In this document: piece after piece, positions 55,159 to 64,000 of the stretch
Numbering within the stretch: the stretch's first letter is position 1
How the letters are laid out: every line of letters starts with the position of its first letter
Assembly: GCA_002245135.1 (NCBI GenBank)
Contig: NGBS01000304.1
Coordinates: forward strand, 1-64,000
Reading direction: 5' to 3'
Source of the DNA: Proteromonas lacertae
Lineage: Eukaryota
DNA length: 64,000 nucleotides
Translations under genes and position numbers: made by a program
Notes under the pieces: generated by a model
Told to the model about the DNA's origin: nothing
What the model saw: the letters and a program-made list of their open reading frames with translations, nothing else
Database searches by the model: none

Positions 55159-58100
55159 TTATACTGTCTTTCTCTTCTTATTATCATAAATTTCCCTGGT
55201 AGAACGGTAAACAATCACATTCTTTCCTAATTCCTTGAAATTACTAATAGTTTTATCCAATAAATTATCAGGACATACACACCAGCATTGCACTTTATCA
55301 GATGTAATTAATGGAAGGATATATTTCTCAAAAACATAATACAACTCTTCAATTTTTACTTCTTTTATTTTCTTAATCATATCTAATTCATATGTTGGAG
55401 AATATCCTTTTAGATTGTTAACAAACTTCGTTTCTGCCGTATCTAACTGTGTTTCGATCTTATCTAATAAGAAATAGATTGAACTACATTTAAAACTTTC
55501 AAAGTCATATTTGTCTATGTCCTTTTTTTGGATTAGATGTTTAATGCATTTGATAGCTAAATCATATGTTTTGACTATATCTGAACATTGATCAAATGAA
55601 ATGGATAGTGTGCAATTGGATAGAGTATAATATCTATATATATATATATAGAAACTAGAAAAGAGAAAAATAGAAAAAAAGAATAAAGAATAATTCAATA
55701 CACATTTGTTCCATATACTAATCCATTGCCTCTCAATTCATTCCATAATATTCCATTAGAATTTGATAACATATCACAAGCAATAGATAATGCAGCTAAA
55801 TCTTTATTATCACCATCTTTTATATCTAATTTCATCTTCTGGACAAAATTAGTTGATTCTACTTCTTTTGAACCTAATAAATACAACTCATTGTTAGGAT
55901 TTAACCACTTCTTATTCATATATTCATAAGGAAATCTGAGTTTTTCAAAATCTGTTTTTGTTATTACATTTTCTGATTCAAATATTGTCAAAGGAGTGTA
56001 AATGTCATTGATTTTATTCATATCTGCAATTACATATAATCTCATTCTATTTGGATTGATTATTTTCTTACGAATTCTATCAAATTCATTGCATATTTCA
56101 ACTTCTGAAGATGATTCACTATTAATTCTCTTTAATAAATCTTTTAAGAACTTCCTTTCTTCAATCTATTCATACAAAATAAATATATATAAAAAATAAT
56201 ACAACATTAATACAGTATTCATTTGTATTATCTTCATAAACGGAATATCTAAATAACATTCCCATTAAATGTGAACTATCTCTTAAACATTCAGATATAC
56301 TGGATAACAAGTAATTAATCATTATTTTAATCTGTTTAACCGTAAAATTAGAAGTTGTAGTTAACCAATACAACCAATTAACTGCCTCTTCATAATTATT
56401 TACATCAAATACTAATTCCATACTGATCATTGATGAATAAGCTGATAATTCAAATGGAGAAGTTGAATCTAAACCAATTCCTGAAGAATATTCTACACTT
56501 CTACTTGTCAATTCATTTATAACATCTTTGGACTTAATATAAGTTGGCTCTCCATCAATTATACGATATTGTGGTAATTTGAATAATATATCAATTATTA
56601 TAGGTAAATACAATCTTTCTTCTTTAGTCAAGTCTTTTGAATCCATTAATAGTTCTAAATGAACGAAAGAACTTTCGATATGATGGAATTCAATATACAT
56701 ACCCATTAATGGTTTAGATTTAAACTGTTTATTTAATTTTTCAAAGATTTTATTATTATCTTCATTATTTTCACTCTTTTTGTTGGGTATATATGAATAT
56801 ATTTTAAAATTACTGATAGTATCAACATTTGGTGGTTTTATTAGGTCTTTCAATTCGTTTGGAACTACTGAATTATTATGTTCAATGAATAATTTTGCTT
56901 TTTCTTCCAATTCTTTCAACTTTTTTTCACCTAAATCCATTTTTTGTTGATTGATTCTATTCTTCTCATTTATTGAGTTTTGTGCTGCTAATTCTGAGGA
57001 TGGTGTTCCTATTAAACTGATTGTTGAATTATCAATAAAATATTCTTTGAATAATTCCTCCCATTTGTATTTATCTTTCTTTGATAATTGATCAAATATT
57101 GATTCACGATTGATAGATTGGTCTAATATTTCTATTTCTTTTTCAATTGTATCTCTTTCAGCATAACTAAAATGAATTATTTAAAAGAAGAATTAAAAAA
57201 TAAGATATATATATAATACATAAAATGTCTTATTAATAAATCAGATATAATCTCTTCACTTTTCTCTTCAACATCCTTCAAATATTGTAGCTTCATTCTC
57301 TTTATCAAATATGATATTCGATTCATATCAATCTCATTTTTCAATACTTCATTTATCACTTTCTTATATATTGGAATTACTTCGTCAACTCTTTCTGTTA
57401 CTACACCTTCAAATGTGATATAATATATATAACTACTGTATGGATAATTATTAGAATATATTTCATTACATAAAGGATCATCACATTCAGTAAAATGTTG
57501 TTTTAATGGTGAAGTTGATGATTCGATTAAATAGCTATATGATTAATAGATTAATGAATTATATATATTGCATACTCTAGTAGTACTTTATATTGTAAAT
57601 GACTTATAAAATCATTATGATCCTTTCCATGAATAGAAATACAAACTTCGCCACTTTCTTCTTCTTCAGATGGAAATTCAAATTTTTCGATTTTTTCTCT
57701 AAATATTTCAATTTGATTGTCATTATTTACCCATGGTCTATTCATATTCTCTGTTTTATTATCATAATTTAAACTATCTATTAATAATTTCAATTGGTTA
57801 TAATCTACTTTTCCTACTACCACTATACACATGTTTTTTGTTCGATAAAACTGTTTGTGATAATTCTGGACTTTTTCAACTGTTAAGTTTCGAAGATTAG
57901 TTAATTTTCCACCATAATTACCTTTCTATTCATTACAATAATTAAATATATATATATACATATCCTGTATTTCTACATATCAATTCTCTCATTTTTTGTT
58001 CAAATAATTCTTCTACTGAATTTTCGCATGATAACATTTCATTATATACAACTCCTGCATCATTACCTTCACCTGTGATATAATGTACTTCTGTAGCAAA

Positions 58101-58610
58101 GGTTTCTTCGGTTATTAATGGATCTAATATATATTATACTCATTAAGAAAAATTAGAAAAATGAAAAGAATTTTAAAAAAGGATATTTCTAAATAGATTG
58201 GTAAGAATTGTATAAATCCATCACTACCACCTGTAGTTATGGTGTAACATGTATGATCTACAGTTGTAAAAGCATTTGTACCATCTGCTATACATAAATT
58301 TGCTAAAGAATCTAATAGGTTGGTATATGGGTATTTTTTGCTTCCTTTAAATATTAAATGTTCCACTATTTTATAATAAATAATTTTATGTCGTTACAAG
58401 TATGAGGTAAACCATCATCTGCTTTAAATTGGTCATTCTCTAATAGTTCTGTTGAAAATGACTATAATATATCACAATATTGTTATATACAATATAACCA
58501 TTAACTATTGGACCATCTCTTTCAACATGATATAGAGTTGCACCATTTTTCTTTGACCTATATATTGAAACTGGTGTATTTAAAGAATTAATTGGTATTT
58601 GAGCTTCCAT
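55159..58610 (-). CDS. M16 (insulinase-family, M16C-like) zinc metallopeptidase
   Basis: DGLPHT|LEHLIFKGSKKYPY (HXXEH assembled across an intron), TNAFTTVDHTCYT, LWNELRGNGLVYG. Confidence 0.9.
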
Positions 58611-58620
58611 ATAATAATAG

Positions 58621-58771
58621 TCCCTTTCAAAAATACAAAAATGATTCTATTTCAAAAAATATGGTCGTTTTATTAAAATTCTATTGGTTAATATTTGAAG
58701 CTAATTATTCAATATAATAATGTATATAGAATGACATAATAATGAAAGAAAGGGTGAAATAGCACAGTGTG
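58621..58771 (+). repeat. Direct repeat whose second copy is split into 59852-59959 and 61010-61052
   Basis: 108 bp identical to 59852-59959; the following 43 bp are identical to 61010-61052. Confidence 0.9.
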
Positions 58772-59838
58772 TCATAAATAAAAATGTTTGACAAAATGTT
58801 TGAATTTTTCAAGCCAAATATTTTGACAGTTTGTTTTTTATATTCTTTTGAATTTTAAAGCTTATGGATAAAATAATATTAAAACAGAGTATAGTATATC
58901 GAGTGAAAGTACCCAAAGTTCATGATGAAGAAGAATTTGATGTTATATTAAATAATTTAAACGATGTTGCGAAAAATTGGAGACAACTATCCAGATACCA
59001 GTATAAATATACATATATATTTTATAGATTCAAAGGAACTCGTTTAATTCCCAATCCACAGTTTCTCGTAGAAAGATTCAAATGCATATGGATAAAAGAC
59101 CCAAAATTCAGAATAGACTATTATAAGGATTTTAAGGAAGAGTTTATATATTGCTTTCAATACAAAAAATGTAAATGTAAATCAATTGTATGCATTATCA
59201 TTATATATTTCCTTAGGTTGACAGAACAATTGATTATATATATGATAGTTTGAAAAGCCTAACTGGTGACAGCATGACAGAATTAGGAGACGGAGATTTT
59301 GTTGATGGATACAATCAAGAGTATGATGATGAATACGGAAATGTAGTGGAAGTTATTGAATTTGAACAACAAAATAAAGTTAAAGGAAATGTTAATTGTG
59401 AATCGAATGTAGATTCAATAATATTAGTTGTTGATGAAGAAGTACATAAAGTAAATCAACAAAATGTGGTGAATTTATTTGATTATGGAAATGAAACTGT
59501 AGATTTATTTTCTTATGGTAAAGAAGATAAAAAGGTTGTGGAAGAAGTAGTACAACGCGATTTGATTATGATTGATGAAGATACAGAAACCGAATCAGAA
59601 GAAGAAGAAATAATTGGAACTATAGATTTATTTAACTATGCAAAGTAATTAAAACTAATTGATTTGAATCTAATTATGAAATCTAATTATTAATTGAAGT
59701 TCATTGAATTGCTTTATTGTTTGTTTGGGTTTTATAATAGTATATGAATGATTATTAAACAATAAAAATGATTCATTTAACGAAAAAACAATAGGGGAAA
59801 TGACTCACGAGTCATTTCCCCCTTTATTCCATTATTAT
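58736..59838 (+). mobile_element. Hairpin-TIR element 1 (non-identical but related ends)
   Basis: Left end ATAATAATGAAAGAAAGGGTGAAATAGCACAGTGTG; right end (rc) ATAATAATGGAATAAAGGGGGAAATGACTCGTGAGTCATTTCCCC. Confidence 0.6.
58864..59648 (+). CDS. Unknown ~242-aa protein with acidic C-terminus, 3 exons, inside element 1
   Basis: Introns 59001-59027 and 59188-59216 give a continuous frame ending DEDTETESEEEEIIGTIDLFNYAK*; TGTTTGTT ~70 bp downstream. Confidence 0.7.
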
Positions 59839-59959
59839 CATATAATAACATTCCCTTTCAAAAATACAAAAATGATTCTATTTCAAAAAATATGGTCGTT
59901 TTATTAAAATTCTATTGGTTAATATTTGAAGCTAATTATTCAATATAATAATGTATATA

Positions 59960-61003
59960 ATAATAATGAATAATAAAGGGTTATAGCACAGTGTGCTATA
60001 ACCCTATAGTGTATTTTTACCGTTACATTTTGTTTCTAAAAAATATCCATTACTTTGAATATTTTTTTAATTATGTTACAGTTGCATACTCAATAAACAC
60101 AGTATTCATTGAAGTAGTTAGTTTGAAATTTGAATATAATTTATAACTAATAGATTTAAAGGAGATTATAAGTGCAGTAGTTTAGATACCTTATATTGTA
60201 AACTACAAGCATGTTCCAAGAAGAAAACAGAGCACTTATGTTGTGATTCATTGAAAGAGGTGTTCAGCATATTACTGTTCAACCTAAGCTATCATCCATC
60301 GAAAATGAAGACATTAGTATAAATATATGTTTATTATATTAAAATAGGCTGACCGTATGATGGATTATCTCGTTGAAGACTTCAAGGATGTGTGTAACAT
60401 TAATATATTGGAGATGGGGGATGATGATCCCCCAATCAATGTAATTGGATATGAATTGTTCGAGAATAGTAAAATAATTTATAGCTACAGTATATATTCT
60501 ACTTAATTTTATATTATAATAGTAAGATGGAAAGATTTTGGTCCAATTTATAATTCTATTTGTAATTTAGTAGATAACATGGAAACTATTATCATTCAAA
60601 GATTTGTTATGTGCCAAGATATTATTAAGGATATAATAGAACAATCAATGTCAAGATATTATGTGTTAGATGAAGAAACTGATACAGAAGAAGTACAAGA
60701 TGATATGCATTAACTCATATTAATAACAGATGATGATTTAATTGATGAAGATTCAGAAACCGAATCAGATTCAGATTCAAAAGTGCATGGAATTGTTGAT
60801 TTATTTGCTTATGCTAGTGATTAATAAGATGTATAGAAAGAAGATAATATTGAAATACAATTTATGATTTCTAATTATGAAATGATTTGATTTTTTTTGT
60901 TTGAAATAAAAAGGGTTTGAATTATGGTTTGTGAATGTAACGGTAAAAATACACTATAGGGTTATAGCACACTGTGCTATAACCCTTTATTATTCATTAT
61001 TAT
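59960..61003 (+). mobile_element. Hairpin-TIR element 2: perfect 70-bp TIRs, inserted in TATATA
   Basis: 59960-60029 is the reverse complement of 60934-61003; TATATA on both sides; the empty site AATGTATATAGAATG is visible at 58719-58733. Confidence 0.9.
60073..60824 (+). pseudogene. Paralog of the 58864-59648 gene with in-frame TAA stops
   Basis: Same exon starts (FKG at 60155; ADRMMDY at 60348 versus VDRTIDY); C-terminus DEDSETESDSDSKVHGIVDLFAYASD*; three in-frame TAAs. Confidence 0.65.
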
Positions 61004-61718
61004 TATATAGAATGACATAATAATGAAAGAAAGGGTGAAATAGCACAGTGTGCCATTTCACCCTATTGTTAATTAATTTCTTTATATTAATCCAATTCCA
61101 GTTAGAAATAAAGTCACCTACTATTTTCTTTCCTTGAACTAATTCATTTACCTGATTATCTGAGAAATCATCACCTTCAACGCATACCAATATAATATAA
61201 TTCATAATATGTTAGAATAATCTAAATGATCGCTAATTAGATCATATTCTTTCTTCTCTTTTCTAATTTTATGATCATCCTAATGTAATTCATTATTCTC
61301 ATAATTCATCTTTATAATGGACTACAATAATTGGTGAATTTTTTAGTCATTCTTATTTACATCAGAAATATCTAATCGTTGTATTAATTTGTTGCATATT
61401 GCATGATGTGATAAAGAAGTTGCTTATCTTCTCTAACAAAGCCAGTTGCTTTATTTTCATCATCAAACTCTGTTGTTTGGTTTCAGTAAATGACTTCATA
61501 TAAATGATTGATTGTGTTTGTGATTGGTGTTGTTCATAGTTTTACATAATTATTTAGAATTATTTGGATATGTAATATTCGTTTTGAATAACTTCCTTTA
61601 TAGCCTCTGGGGGTATGACTATATCAACATATTAATTTTTTCTGTTTACGCAAAAAATTAAAATATAAAAATAACTGTTAAAACGATCATATTTTATTAA
61701 TTGTTCCAAATTGTCAAT

Positions 61719-63251
61719 ATGAAATTTTTAATCATCTGCTTACTTATATCAGCTGTACTTAGCAGAAAACCTAAAAGTGAATTTGGCCACTGGTTAACGC
61801 ATGAACTAATTGTTATGAAGACTCATTATGACAAATATATGAACAGATGGATGGATTATAAATCCTTTGAGAATATTCTATCTACAAAAAATATGTTCTT
61901 TAATTCTACTCCTCATTTGCGAAGTGGTTACACAGATAACTTCAATACTGAAAATGATATGGGAAGAGGTAGATTTGGTATGCACAGATTTGGAAGAAAT
62001 AATAAGATGTTAAAATATTCAGATTTTAGAGGAAAGAACAGAAGATTTGGCTATAAGCATAGATATGATAATGATAATGATAAAGCAGAAGATATGAATA
62101 TGTGGGAAGGACATGATATAGAAAATAATGATATCGTAAGAAATCTAGGTAGTATTGATAATTCCTCGTTAATCATGGACAATAGAAAAAAACTTATGAT
62201 GAAAGATTATTATTATCATTATTATAACTTTGATTGGAGAGATGAATATCCAATATCTGCAGTAGATGATGAATTAATTAGTGATTGCGACAGTTCTTAT
62301 ATATTTGCTACAATATGTTCAATAGAAGCTGTAGAAACTAGAAAAAACAACTTTGTTAATAAATTAAGTAGTCAAGAATATATAGATTGTGATAATAATA
62401 ATAATAATAAATGTAATAACAAAAATAGTGGAAATAATAAAATATTAAGCGTAATTGATTATTACTCTGGTAGAACAGTATGTAGTTATAATAATTATAA
62501 ATACAGTGGTAGTAGTAATATAGACAATAATAATAATAATACATGTAAAGTGAAAGAATGTGAAAATAGAATTGAAATAAGTAATTTAACTTATTTTATA
62601 AGTGGTAAAGAAAGTGATATTCAATCTTTGGTTAGATATGTTCCAGTGATTACAAGAATGAATGTAAATAGTTTATTTGATAAATATAGTAGTAACAAAG
62701 GAGAGATATATGATAATATAGAAGAATGTAATGAAAACAGTAATAATGAAGATGATGAAGTTAATCATTGGGTTTCTGTAGTTGGATATGGAAAAGAGAA
62801 TAATAAAGAATATTGGATAATTAGAAATGATTTTGGTAAAAATTGGGGAGAAAGGGGATATTTAAAGGTGGCAAAAGGGAAAAATATTTGTGGTATTGGA
62901 AAGGAAAATTATTTGATTTATGATGAATCAATTGAAGAAAGAATAGTTACTATATTTATTGTTTCTGTTGTTTCTATACTAATTTTGATGTTATGTATGT
63001 GTTGTTTAGTTTGTTCAATATGTAATATGTTCTTCAGATGTAGTAAATGTGTTTTGTGTAAAAAAGAACCAGAAGATTATATATATAATGAGTTTAAGTA
63101 TAGTTTGAATGAGAAAATATTTAATAATCAATCTTATAATTATCAACAAAAAAAGATGAAACAGGCAAATCAGTTATTTAAAGATATTATTGAGTATAAG
63201 AAGTATTATTTTAAACCTATAACTAATTTACCACTTCCCCTACCTAATTAA
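61719..63251 (+). CDS. Papain-family (C1A) membrane-anchored protease homolog with catalytic Cys replaced by Ser
   Basis: Signal peptide; FDWRD, CDSSYIFA (vs CGSCWAFS), LSSQEYIDC, NHWVSVVGYG, YWIIRNDFGKNWGERGY; C-terminal TM helix. Confidence 0.85.
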   Translation: MKFLIICLLISAVLSRKPKSEFGHWLTHELIVMKTHYDKYMNRWMDYKSFENILSTKNMFFNSTPHLRSGYTDNFNTENDMGRGRFGMHRFGRNNKMLKYSDFRGKNRRFGYKHRYDNDNDKAEDMNMWEGHDIENNDIVRNLGSIDNSSLIMDNRKKLMMKDYYYHYYNFDWRDEYPISAVDDELISDCDSSYIFATICSIEAVETRKNNFVNKLSSQEYIDCDNNNNNKCNNKNSGNNKILSVIDYYSGRTVCSYNNYKYSGSSNIDNNNNNTCKVKECENRIEISNLTYFISGKESDIQSLVRYVPVITRMNVNSLFDKYSSNKGEIYDNIEECNENSNNEDDEVNHWVSVVGYGKENNKEYWIIRNDFGKNWGERGYLKVAKGKNICGIGKENYLIYDESIEERIVTIFIVSVVSILILMLCMCCLVCSICNMFFRCSKCVLCKKEPEDYIYNEFKYSLNEKIFNNQSYNYQQKKMKQANQLFKDIIEYKKYYFKPITNLPLPLPN

Positions 63252-63358
63252 TGATTTTTTCTCCTCTTAATTTATGATTTTATATTTGTTAATATTGTTA
63301 TTGTGTTAAAAGATGCTGTAGAAAATCGTTATACATAATAAAAAATATTGATTATTTG

Positions 63359-64000
63359 TTAATTTAAATGATTTACTTCATTTAATAAAGATATTATTCT
63401 TTCTTTATTGTCTTTAGTTATTGCATAATTTAGAGCTTTTTTTAAACATTCCTTACTTTTCTCATATTCTTTCTATTTAGAAATATATATATATCCCATA
63501 TTATAATATACATTCCTCAAATAATAATCTCCAAAAACTCTATAATAACAGTTTAATAGAGCATCACAACATAAATCTTTATTAACTTGGTTTAAATAAG
63601 AAAAAGACTTTTCTTTATCTTCTAACATCAAATAACAATCTCCAATATTCACATATGCAAGATATTTATCATAATTTGTTTTTGAATAATCTAGAGATAG
63701 ATAGAAGAATTTCAAGCATTCATCGTATTTTTTCTATTAATAATATACAACTTCTCGTATTCTATACTAAATAATAATAACAACATCCTAATAGGTTGTA
63801 ATTTGTATATTTATTTGTTGATGAATATTCTAAGGCACTTTCAAAGTAAGGAATTGCTTCTCTATATTCTTTCTATTTATTATTACAATAATAAATATAC
63901 TAAATCAAAATAACAACGACCTAACCAATTATTATTACATGCTTTTTCTTCATTTGTTGATGAATATTCTAAGGCACTTTCAAAGTAAGGAATTGTTTCT
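63359..64000 (-). CDS. TPR-exon family member, copy 3 (3' part; 5' end outside window)
   Basis: Same KEYREAIPYFESALEYSSTN exon and 28-nt intron as copy 1; diverged 222-nt and terminal exons. Confidence 0.8.

Noticed and set aside
35660..60824. Repeated in-frame TAA codons (HYDIN, integrase ~44972, gene 60073-60824) suggesting TAA reassignment
   Set aside because: Conserved genes (RPT3, RPS7) end at TAA in the expected place and have no internal TAA. Nonsense mutation in AT-biased decaying DNA is sufficient, and HYDIN also has TGA stops and frameshifts.
61070..61620. Possible third hairpin-TIR element body after the TIR at 61017-61070
   Set aside because: No matching second TIR found and no similarity to the two element genes; only degraded coding-like sequence

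Overview
Very AT-rich, gene-dense eukaryotic DNA with many tiny GT-AG introns (mostly 26-35 nt). The intron size and TGTTTGTT-like 3' motifs suggest a Blastocystis/Proteromonas-like stramenopile (inference only). Housekeeping genes (RPT3, RPS7, sphingomyelin/IPC synthase, PUB/UBX, PDH E2/E3BP, CLASP/CAP-Gly, M16 peptidase) flank a ~17-kb transposon nest at 29.2-46.0 kb. The nest holds two TGT..ACA fold-back MITEs; a 10.8-kb block bounded by the same TIRs, containing a Pack-MULE-like element (9-bp TSD, ~1.48-kb TIRs, captured MCM5, kinase and HSP70 fragments) and a decayed HYDIN; and a Ginger-type integrase transposon with a 5-bp TSD. The most notable candidates are: (i) a pseudokinase-TPR family (three loci) in which each TPR is a 111-nt phase-0 exon that varies in copy number and is hypervariable in one half, resembling an exon-shuffling recognition system; and (ii) ~1.05-1.1-kb elements with hairpin-containing TIRs that carry their own spliced, non-transposase acidic gene. 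Exon boundaries were read by eye, and some frameshifts, especially in the first 7 kb, may be assembly errors.
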